From the NCBI GenBank assembly GCA_035530555.1, contig DATKUR010000013.1, positions 239 to 64,238 of the forward strand: 64,000 nt of DNA. Reading direction: 5' to 3'. Below the pieces are notes generated by a model. It did not search any database, was not told the DNA's origin, and saw nothing but the letters and a program-made list of their open reading frames with translations. Made by a program: the position numbers and the translations under genes. Origin of the DNA: Candidatus Humimicrobiaceae bacterium (GTDB lineage Bacteria > Patescibacteriota > Minisyncoccia > Minisyncoccales > DG-74-1). The stretch's first letter is position 1. Each line of letters starts with the position of its first letter. This document shows positions 45,113-52,882 of this stretch, piece after piece.

Positions 45113-45185
45113 GCCCCCATAGCTTAACTGGTAAAGCACCGGTCTCTTAAACCGAGGAGTCCAGGTTCGAGTCCTGGTGGGGGCA
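45113..45185 (+). tRNA. tRNA-Lys (anticodon CTT)
   Basis: 73-nt cloverleaf: GCCCCCA TA GCTT AACTGGTA AAGC A CCGGT CTCTTAA ACCGA GGAGT CCAGG TTCGAGT CCTGG TGGGGGC A. There is a C27-A43 mismatch. No encoded CCA. Confidence 0.88.
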
Positions 45186-45273
45186 CAATCCCCCGTACTA
45201 AAATTCAGCATAGGGGAAGCTACGAACAAGGGACTTTTTTTTATTAATAGAAATAGTATAATAAAATCGAATT

Positions 45274-45540
45274 ATGTTAACACCTGAAGAAAAAACAAAA
45301 ATTATTGAGAAGTACAAAAGCCACAAAACAGATACCGGCTCTGTTGAAGTTCAGATTGCTCTGTTAACCGAAGAGATTAAAGAATTGGTTCTGCATTTAA
45401 AATCTCATCCTAAAGATTTCCATTCAAAGAGAGGCTTGCTGAAAATGGTTGCCAAAAGAAGAAAATTCCTTAACCGCCTCAAAGAAGAAGACCCCAAGGG
45501 ATACAAGGATATTATAAAGCAAATAGGATTAAAGAAATAA
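45274..45540 (+). CDS. rpsO: 30S ribosomal protein S15
   Basis: 88 aa. DTGSVEVQIALLTEEIKELVLHLKSHPKDFHSKRGLLKMVAKRRKFLNRL. Confidence 0.95.
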   Translation: MLTPEEKTKIIEKYKSHKTDTGSVEVQIALLTEEIKELVLHLKSHPKDFHSKRGLLKMVAKRRKFLNRLKEEDPKGYKDIIKQIGLKK

Positions 45541-45541
45541 T

Positions 45542-46045
45542 ATGGCGATAAAACATGTTGGCCAACGTGTGGGAATACTTATTGACGTCCAGAATCTTTA
45601 TCATTCAGCTAAAAACTTATATGGAGCGCGGGTTAATTTTCGGGAAATCCTAAAGCTGGCGGTTTCGGGAAGAAGCCTTATCCGGGTTTTCGCCTATGTA
45701 GTCAGAACCAAAACTGGCGAGGAAAAGCCATTTTTTGAAGCCTTAACCAAATTAGGAATTGAAACCAGAATTAGAGACCTTCAGGAATTTTATGGTGGCC
45801 TAAAAAAAGCCGATTGGGATGTTGGTATTACTGTTGATGCTATCAGAATAGCTCCTGACGTGGACGCGATTGTTTTGGCTTCTGGCGACGGTGATTTTTT
45901 ACAATTGGTTGAGTATTTAAAAAATCGCGGCAAAAGAATCGAGGTTGTCGCTTTCGGCAGATCGGCCTCAGCCAAATTAAAAGAGGCGGCCGATGAATTT
46001 GTTGACCTGGAAAAAGAGCCGGGGAAATATCTGTTAAAAAAATAA
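45542..46045 (+). CDS. NYN-domain (LabA-like) predicted ribonuclease
   Basis: 167 aa. VGILIDVQNLYHSA and IVLASGDGDFLQLVEYLKNRGKRIEVV. Only 1-2 nt separate it from rpsO upstream and pnp downstream. Confidence 0.8.
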   Translation: MAIKHVGQRVGILIDVQNLYHSAKNLYGARVNFREILKLAVSGRSLIRVFAYVVRTKTGEEKPFFEALTKLGIETRIRDLQEFYGGLKKADWDVGITVDAIRIAPDVDAIVLASGDGDFLQLVEYLKNRGKRIEVVAFGRSASAKLKEAADEFVDLEKEPGKYLLKK

Positions 46046-46047
46046 TT

Positions 46048-48192
46048 ATGGAAAAGTTTAAACTTGAAATTGGGGGGCGTGAGATGATAGCTGAGTTCCA
46101 AAATCTGGCCGAACGAGCCAATGGTTCTTGTCTTTTACGCTATGGCGATACTTTGGTTTTGGCCACTGCCGTCATGCCAGAGCACGAAGCTAAAGGAATG
46201 GGGTTTTTCCCTTTAACAGTTGAGTACGAAGAAAGATATTATGCTGCTGGCAAAATTAGAGGCCCCAGGTATATCAAGAGAGAAAGTCGTCCTTCTGACG
46301 AAGCAATTTGTAACGCCAGGTTGATTGACCGAGCCATACGGCCCCTCTTTCCCAAAAATCTTAACCGAGAAGTTCAAGTGGTTAATACGATTTTATCTTG
46401 GGACGGCCAAAATGATCCAGATATTTTAGGCCTTATGGCATCTTCTTTGGCTTTGATGATTTCTAATATTCCCTGGTCAGGCCCGACTGCGGCGGTCAGA
46501 ATAGGTTATGTTGATAATAAGCTGATTTTAAACCCAACCTATGAAGAGAGGGGAAGAAGTCAAATTGATTTAATTTTAGCCGGAGTTAAAGAGGGTGACG
46601 GACTTTTAATCAATATGATTGAGGGTAGCTTTGAAGAATCAGAAGAAGATTTAATTATGGAAGCGTTAAATTTTGCCAGCCCTCATTTAAAAAAACTGGT
46701 TGATTTTCAAAAAGAAATTTTCGAAAAAATAGCTAATAAAAAAATTGCTTTAACAGCGTCAATACCTGATTCTGAATTAGAGAAAGAGGTCAAAGAATTT
46801 TTGAGCAGGAGACTAGAAAAGGCCCTGTATCAAGGGAGTGGAATCGAGCAAATGGCAGAAGTAAATGCCCTCAAAGAAGAGCTGGCCTATTTTGTTGATA
46901 ATAAATACCAAGATGCAGGAAAAATTGAGTACGCCCAAGGTGTTCTTGAAAATGAAATCGACAAACTTATTCATCAAAAGATAATTAAAGAAGGGAAAAG
47001 ACCGGATAATAGGAAATTAGACGAATTAAGGCCCCTCCATTGTCAAGCCGGCTTATTGCCAAGAACCCATGGATCTGGACTTTTCTGCCGCGGTCAAACC
47101 AAGTCTCTTTCTATCTTGACTCTGGGAGCGCCAGAAGATCAGCAATTATTGGAAGGCATGGAGACTGTAGGCAAAAAAAGGTTTATGCACCATTATAATT
47201 TTCCGCCTTATTCAGTTGGCGAAGTAAAGCCGATGAGGGGACCCGGAAGAAGAGATATTGGCCATGGGATGCTGGCAGAAAAAAGCCTCCTGCCCCTAAT
47301 TCCTTCTGTTGAGGAATTTCCTTATACGATCAGGGTGGTTTCAGAGATTCTATCTTCTAACGGTTCAACCTCAATGGCTTCGGTTTCCTCTTCCTCTTTG
47401 GCTTTAATGGATGCCGGTGTCCCCATCAAAAGACCAGCCGCTGGCATTGCCCTAGGCCTGATGTCTGACGAAAAAGGTAATTACAAAATCTTAACTGATA
47501 TCCAGGGACCGGAAGACCATCACGGCGATATGGATTTCAAAGTCGCCGGAACCGAAAAAGGAATAACCGCCGTCCAGATGGATGTTAAAATCAAAGGAAT
47601 TACCGAAAAAATTATAAAAGAAACTCTTGAACAAGGGAAAAAAGTAAGACTAGAAATTTTAAACGAGATAGCCAAAGTTTTAGCCAAGCCCAGATCAGAA
47701 TTGTCTCCCTTCGCTCCCCGAATTTTAACTTTACAAATCAATCCAGAAAAAATCAGGGAAGTAATTGGGCCAGGAGGAAGGGTAATCCATGAAATAATGG
47801 GAGAATGTCAGGTTTCGATTGACATCGAAGAAACTGGAAAAATTTTTATCACTGCCGAAAAAGAAGAGGCGGCCGAAAAGGCTCTCGTTTGGATAAAAAA
47901 CATTACCCGAGAAGTTAAGATAGGAGAAATTTTTCAGGGAAAGATAAAAAGAATTTTAGCTTTCGGTGCTTTTGCGGAAATCTTGCCGGGGCAAGAAGGA
48001 CTAATTCATATCTCTCAATTGGCTCCTTTCAGGGTTAACAAAGTGGAAGACATAGTTAAGGTTGGCGATGTTGTTCCAGTTAAAGTGATCTTGATTGATG
48101 AACAAGGAAGAATAAACTTATCCTTAAAAGAGGCCAAGTCCTCGTGCCTACGCACGGACGATAAGGACAAACTTTATGGAAGAAAAAAATAA
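46048..48192 (+). CDS. pnp: Polyribonucleotide nucleotidyltransferase (PNPase)
   Basis: 714 aa. Two RNase PH domains, a KH domain (GPGGRVIHEIMGECQVSIDIEETG) and an S1 domain (GEIFQGKIKRILAFGAFAEILPGQEGLIHISQL). Confidence 0.95.
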   Translation: MEKFKLEIGGREMIAEFQNLAERANGSCLLRYGDTLVLATAVMPEHEAKGMGFFPLTVEYEERYYAAGKIRGPRYIKRESRPSDEAICNARLIDRAIRPLFPKNLNREVQVVNTILSWDGQNDPDILGLMASSLALMISNIPWSGPTAAVRIGYVDNKLILNPTYEERGRSQIDLILAGVKEGDGLLINMIEGSFEESEEDLIMEALNFASPHLKKLVDFQKEIFEKIANKKIALTASIPDSELEKEVKEFLSRRLEKALYQGSGIEQMAEVNALKEELAYFVDNKYQDAGKIEYAQGVLENEIDKLIHQKIIKEGKRPDNRKLDELRPLHCQAGLLPRTHGSGLFCRGQTKSLSILTLGAPEDQQLLEGMETVGKKRFMHHYNFPPYSVGEVKPMRGPGRRDIGHGMLAEKSLLPLIPSVEEFPYTIRVVSEILSSNGSTSMASVSSSSLALMDAGVPIKRPAAGIALGLMSDEKGNYKILTDIQGPEDHHGDMDFKVAGTEKGITAVQMDVKIKGITEKIIKETLEQGKKVRLEILNEIAKVLAKPRSELSPFAPRILTLQINPEKIREVIGPGGRVIHEIMGECQVSIDIEETGKIFITAEKEEAAEKALVWIKNITREVKIGEIFQGKIKRILAFGAFAEILPGQEGLIHISQLAPFRVNKVEDIVKVGDVVPVKVILIDEQGRINLSLKEAKSSCLRTDDKDKLYGRKK

Positions 48193-50386
48193 AAAGATGA
48201 CGTTCCCAGAAGAGGTAGAAATAAGAACAATGGCAAAGGATATTGTTAAGACGAAAGAGACTGAAGTCCAGAAAGAAAAAGAAAGAGTGGTCGCCCTACA
48301 AGAAGATATTGTCAAGTTAAAAGCAATCGAGGCCCAAAAAAAAGAGAAAGGGAGGGCTAGTCTCCAAGAGGACGTTGGTAAATTGGACGAGGCTGAAACT
48401 CAAAAAGAAAAGAAAGAGAAAGAGCCGATTAGAAGAACTGTGCCGCCCCAAGCGCCGTTACCGCCCATACCGCCAACTCCACCACCTCCGCCACCTCCTT
48501 CAGCAGAGGAAAGCGAGGAGGAAAAGAGAAAAAAAGAGGAAGAAGCAAAAAGAAAAAGAGAAGAAGAAAAGAAAAGGCAGGAAGAAGAGATAAAAAGAGA
48601 AATAGAAAGGGAAGAAAAAATAAGACAGACAGAAGAAGGAAAGAGAAAGCAAGAGGAAGAGGAAGAGGAAGAGATAAAGAGAAGGAGAGGGGAGGAAGAA
48701 GAAAAAATAAGACAGACAGAAGAAGGGAGGAGACAAGAAGAAGAAAAGAGAAAGCAAGAAGAAGAAGCGAAGAAGTCTCCCCTAGAAAAAAGAAGGAGCG
48801 CTTTGGACCAAGAAGAGCTTCGGTTGCAGAAAAAATTAGGATTATTAATTTCGGAGAGGAAAAAGCCACCCGAAGAAGAAAAGTCTAGGCTCTTACTAGA
48901 GATTGAGAAATTCAAAAAAGAAAATCTTGCACCGATTTTAACAAAGGAGGGAGAAATAAAAAAAGAAAAAAAACTGATTGAAGAAGCTGAAAAAAAGGCT
49001 TCATTCAAGGGGAAAAAAGAAATAGAAGAAAAGAGGTGGCAAATTGAAGAAGAGAGAGAGAAGGTGGAAAAGGAAAGATGGCAGGTAGAAGAAGAGGTCG
49101 TCAAGCTTCAAGAAAAGATAAAAGAGATAGATTTAAAAATTGATCAGTTTTCGGGAGAGGAAAGTAATCTTAAAAAAGAAATTGAAAATATCACAAACGA
49201 GAGAGAGGCAATAGATTTAATACACAAAAAGGCAAGTTTGGAAAAAGAACTTAAGCTGATCAAGGACCAAAAAGTAACCGCTGAAGCGAAATCAGAAGTT
49301 TTAATTGACAAAAAGAAGGAGACTGAAAAGGTTTTAGCTGAGATCCTGGAGAGTGAAAAAGCGCTGGAAGAAGAAGTGGAAATACTTGAGAAGAAAGAGG
49401 AAGCGACAACCGACTTAACCGAAAGAAAAAGAATCGAAAAAAGGAGGGGGGACGCCGAAGGAGAGAGAAGGAAAACAGAAGAAGAAAAGTGGCAAGTAGT
49501 ACGAGAAAAGGAAGAAAGCGAACAGCAGACTGAAGGTTTCAGGGTTGAAATAGAAAAATTTAAAAAACAAAGGGAGGAATTAGAAGAAGAAATTAAAGAA
49601 ATTGATGTCTCCCTTGGAGAATTAAAAAAAAGAGGGGTGAAAATTGAGGAGCTTACAGTCCTAGCTGGGGTCTTTTATAAACCTCAAGGGAAAATAGAAA
49701 AAATTGAAGAGATGCCGTCGGAAGAAAGAAAGGCGCCCTTAGAAAAAGCAACCGAAAAAGAGCCGCCAAGCGAAGAATTACCAGAAACCCCGCCAGCAGC
49801 CAAAAAAGAGGAGCTAACCGAAGAAGAAACGGCCAGAATAGAAATAGGAGAAGAAACTGAAAACAAAATAAAAGAAGCTTTGCGAAGAAAAAAGGGGAAA
49901 GAAGAAGAAGAGGCTGAAAAAATAAGAAAAAGGGTTAGAGAATTATTGGCTTCAATAAAACCGGTCACGCCCTCGTCTCCACCAGAAGAAATCGAAGAAT
50001 CAGAAAAAACCCAAGAACCAGGAAAGGTTAAATCTGCTCCGTTTTCTTCTGCTACCGACCAAGGGGCAGAAAAATATCGTCCTCCTCTTGCAGAACCTCA
50101 TAAAAAAGATGGTGTAGCAGCCGAAGAACCTTCTCTGGAAACGTTGATACCCAAGCCTTCTTTTAAAAAGCCACGGTCTTTCGAAAAAATTTTAATCAGA
50201 GGGTTAATCATCATTCTCCTTTTAATAATAATTCTCTTCTTTTATTGGCTTATCGTCTTGAGACCGACCAAAGAGGTTATAGGGGAGAAAGGGGAAAGTT
50301 CAACGGCAATTTTTGTAAAGCAAAAATTCATTTTGCCGTCCTTGACGAATTGTAAAACTTTTACTGATTCGAAAAACATTGTTTAG
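48176..50386 (+). CDS. Glu/Lys-rich coiled-coil protein with a Pro-rich segment and a C-terminal transmembrane anchor
   Basis: 736 aa. PPQAPLPPIPPTPPPPPPPS, then several hundred residues dominated by E/K/R with internal repeats. Single hydrophobic helix ILIRGLIIILLLIIILFFYWLIVL about 60 aa from the C-terminus. The start overlaps the pnp stop by 17 nt. Confidence 0.7.
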   Translation: MEEKNKKMTFPEEVEIRTMAKDIVKTKETEVQKEKERVVALQEDIVKLKAIEAQKKEKGRASLQEDVGKLDEAETQKEKKEKEPIRRTVPPQAPLPPIPPTPPPPPPPSAEESEEEKRKKEEEAKRKREEEKKRQEEEIKREIEREEKIRQTEEGKRKQEEEEEEEIKRRRGEEEEKIRQTEEGRRQEEEKRKQEEEAKKSPLEKRRSALDQEELRLQKKLGLLISERKKPPEEEKSRLLLEIEKFKKENLAPILTKEGEIKKEKKLIEEAEKKASFKGKKEIEEKRWQIEEEREKVEKERWQVEEEVVKLQEKIKEIDLKIDQFSGEESNLKKEIENITNEREAIDLIHKKASLEKELKLIKDQKVTAEAKSEVLIDKKKETEKVLAEILESEKALEEEVEILEKKEEATTDLTERKRIEKRRGDAEGERRKTEEEKWQVVREKEESEQQTEGFRVEIEKFKKQREELEEEIKEIDVSLGELKKRGVKIEELTVLAGVFYKPQGKIEKIEEMPSEERKAPLEKATEKEPPSEELPETPPAAKKEELTEEETARIEIGEETENKIKEALRRKKGKEEEEAEKIRKRVRELLASIKPVTPSSPPEEIEESEKTQEPGKVKSAPFSSATDQGAEKYRPPLAEPHKKDGVAAEEPSLETLIPKPSFKKPRSFEKILIRGLIIILLLIIILFFYWLIVLRPTKEVIGEKGESSTAIFVKQKFILPSLTNCKTFTDSKNIV
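48503..48775 (+). repeat. Near-homopurine tract of about 270 nt with an internal 29-nt direct repeat
   Basis: By hand count only about 17 pyrimidines in about 273 nt on the plus strand. GAAGAAAAAATAAGACAGACAGAAGAAGG occurs at 48611..48639 and again at 48698..48726 (87-nt period, encoding EEKIRQTEEG twice). Confidence 0.85.
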
Positions 50387-50413
50387 GTTATATAAAAAAT
50401 ATATAATTAAAAA

Positions 50414-52462
50414 ATGATTCAGGCTATTAAAGAGAAGGTCCAATCGACCGTATCATCTTTTGGGACGTGGGGAGCTTCCGAACGAATGGCTCTTGCAATT
50501 ACAATACTCTCTGGCGTTTTACTTTTACTAGTTTTTTTAGTAATCGTAAAATTTGTCCTACCTAAAACCGGCGTAGAAATCAGTATTTCGCATCCGGAAA
50601 AGGCAAAAGCTGGAGAAGAGGTAACCTATACCGTAACTGTTAAAAATACCGGTACCGTTGTTTTTAAAAAACCAGAACTAGTTTTTAACTACCCCACTTT
50701 TTCTTTACCAGAAACAACTCTATACGAAAGGAGGCAGTTGGAAGACATTTACCCAAGAGAAGAAGAAACGTTCACCTTCAAGGCCCGGCTTTTTGGCATG
50801 GAAGACGAAGTGAGAAACTTTGAAGCCTGGTTAAACTATTCTACCGAAGGGCAAACGGAAATCACTAGGTCAAAAACCGCCCGTTTCTCTACCGTTATTT
50901 CCGAGGTGCCGATAGACTTAGTTCTGGATATTCCCGAGAAAGCTCCGGCACATCCTAAAGAGAAATCCGAATTTGTTTTCAGGATAAGATATTTTTCTTC
51001 TATCGAACAAGCTATTCCCAACCTAAAATTGTCAGTAGATTTTCCCCCTGATTTTAATTTTCAAGAATCAATCCCTTCAATGGCCGAAGGTCAAGAAATT
51101 GTTATTCCGATATTGGAGCCATCGGCCGCAGGAAGCGTGGAAATAGCGGGGAGCTTCCCCGCAGGGTACGACATTGGAAAAGAATTAGAATTCAGCGCCC
51201 AGTTATCCATTAATCTTGGAGGGACAGACGTTCCTCTGAAAAAAGAATCTGTCAGAACAATAACTTATGAACCAGTTTTTTTATTTTCCCAAAAAATTAA
51301 TAATCAAGAAAAATATTTTCCTTACGCCGGAGAAAAACTCTATTATGAAATCTATTTTAAAAACGTCCACGATGAGCCCTTAAGAGATTTATCTTTAACC
51401 GCAGTTTTGGAAGGACCTCTCTTTGACCTAGAAACTATTGAGCCCCCTCTGGGAACATTTACCAAAGGAACGGACTTTATTTCCTGGGACGGGGGGAAAA
51501 TCCCGGAACTTAAATATTTAACCCCGGGTCAAGAAGGAAAAGTGGAGTTTTGGGTTACCTTAAAAGATGATTATAAACCAAAGGATATATTCGGAACCAA
51601 TGCTTTAATAAGCAACCGAGTAATCTTGGGAGGTTTTGAAAGAGAGTTTAGAAGCCGAGTCAACTCTTTGATAAAAATTACTCAAGAAGGTTATTCCAGA
51701 GATAAATATGGATTTTTTGAAAATTTGGGGCCTCAACCTCCAAAAGTTGCCGAAGCCACCCAATATACGGTTGTTTGGAAACTTGAAAACTATTATAACT
51801 GGCTAGAAGACGCGGTAATCAGGGCCTCTCTTCCTTCCGGGGTTTCTATCAGAAGCATCAAGCCCGCTCAGGGAGAAATAACGGTTTTAACCTATCCTAC
51901 TCCAGTAATAAGCCCTTATCCCGATATCCCAACGACTTTCAGGTTTGACAAGCCGTTATATGAGGGAGTGAAAGGAATAGAGGTAACATATCTTCAACTC
52001 ATCCTCAGGACAGAAGTGCCCCGTCTCTATCCGGCGTACGTCCCAGCCACTGGCTATTTCGGACCGACAACTCGTGAGGCCTTAAAGGGCTTTCAAGAAA
52101 AATACAAAAAAGAAATTTTGGATCCCCAAGGACTTCCAGCTAGCGGCTCTGCTGACGAGTTAACTAGGTTAAAACTTAATGAATTATTAGCTAAGGTAGC
52201 TCCCCCGGCCTTTGCCGAAGTAACCTGGGAAGTCGGAAAAGTCAAGCCAGGGATAGGAGCGCTGGAAGATCCTCTGTCTGCTGCCTTTCAAATTACTTTT
52301 ACCCCAGAAATGGCTCAAAAAGGAAGAATTGCAACTTTGATTAACGAAGTCAGGATTTCGGCAAAGGATCAGTGGACAGAGCTTTTAATTTCCACGAACG
52401 GCGAGGCAATAGACACTACCCTGCCTCATGATCCTACGGTAAAGTCTGGAACAATTCGTTAA
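50414..52462 (+). CDS. Membrane-anchored surface protein with beta-sandwich (CARDB/DUF11-like) repeats and a peptidoglycan-binding-like domain
   Basis: 682 aa. N-terminal TM helix (MALAITILSGVLLLLVFLVIV). AGEEVTYTVTVKNTGTVVF-type repeat openers. YFGPTTREALKGFQEKY resembles PG_binding_1. Confidence 0.6.
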   Translation: MIQAIKEKVQSTVSSFGTWGASERMALAITILSGVLLLLVFLVIVKFVLPKTGVEISISHPEKAKAGEEVTYTVTVKNTGTVVFKKPELVFNYPTFSLPETTLYERRQLEDIYPREEETFTFKARLFGMEDEVRNFEAWLNYSTEGQTEITRSKTARFSTVISEVPIDLVLDIPEKAPAHPKEKSEFVFRIRYFSSIEQAIPNLKLSVDFPPDFNFQESIPSMAEGQEIVIPILEPSAAGSVEIAGSFPAGYDIGKELEFSAQLSINLGGTDVPLKKESVRTITYEPVFLFSQKINNQEKYFPYAGEKLYYEIYFKNVHDEPLRDLSLTAVLEGPLFDLETIEPPLGTFTKGTDFISWDGGKIPELKYLTPGQEGKVEFWVTLKDDYKPKDIFGTNALISNRVILGGFEREFRSRVNSLIKITQEGYSRDKYGFFENLGPQPPKVAEATQYTVVWKLENYYNWLEDAVIRASLPSGVSIRSIKPAQGEITVLTYPTPVISPYPDIPTTFRFDKPLYEGVKGIEVTYLQLILRTEVPRLYPAYVPATGYFGPTTREALKGFQEKYKKEILDPQGLPASGSADELTRLKLNELLAKVAPPAFAEVTWEVGKVKPGIGALEDPLSAAFQITFTPEMAQKGRIATLINEVRISAKDQWTELLISTNGEAIDTTLPHDPTVKSGTIR

Positions 52463-52496
52463 AAACAGTGGCGGATTTACACGGAACTATTTAAAT

Positions 52497-52865
52497 ATGG
52501 ATAAAAAAATAATCGGCGAATTAAAAGAAATCTTAGAAAAAGAGAAGACGACCATTGAGGGACAGTTAAAAAAGATTGCCAAAAAGGATGAAAATCTTCC
52601 CGGTGATTGGGATACTGTCTTTCCAAAATATGATGGCGGAGAGTCAGGCGGCGCCGCCTTAGAAAAAGCGGCTGATGAAGTCGAAGAATACAGCACTTTA
52701 TTACCCATTGAGTACAGCTTGGAACTCCGTTTAAAAAATATTGATTCGGCTCTTGAAAAAATTAGAAAAGGAAGTTACGGAAAGTGTGAAAAATGTCAAA
52801 AAGAAATTCCAATTAATCGCCTTAAGGCTTCTCCTGAGTCTCGTTTTTGCTTGGATTGCAAATAA
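52497..52865 (+). CDS. DksA/TraR-family C4 zinc-finger protein
   Basis: 122 aa. N-terminal coiled coil and C-terminal CEKC-x17-CLDC. Confidence 0.8.
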   Translation: MDKKIIGELKEILEKEKTTIEGQLKKIAKKDENLPGDWDTVFPKYDGGESGGAALEKAADEVEEYSTLLPIEYSLELRLKNIDSALEKIRKGSYGKCEKCQKEIPINRLKASPESRFCLDCK

Positions 52866-52882
52866 TTTTTAAAAACGACTGC

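Noticed and set aside
45186-45273. A terminator or small RNA between tRNA-Lys and rpsO.
   Set aside because: There is only a weak 5-bp stem (TCCCC/GGGGA) with a 19-nt loop, and a T8 run with no adjacent stable hairpin. I cannot support a terminator call. A TATAAT at 45257..45262 suggests an rpsO promoter, but this is untested.
48400-49104. Long minus-strand ORFs (234, 146 and 85 aa) rich in Ser/Phe/Leu, antisense to the Glu/Lys-rich gene.
   Set aside because: They are the pyrimidine-strand mirror of a near-homopurine coding tract. They are low-complexity, mutually overlapping in several frames, and lack start context. The sense ORF is continuous for 736 aa and translationally coupled to pnp.
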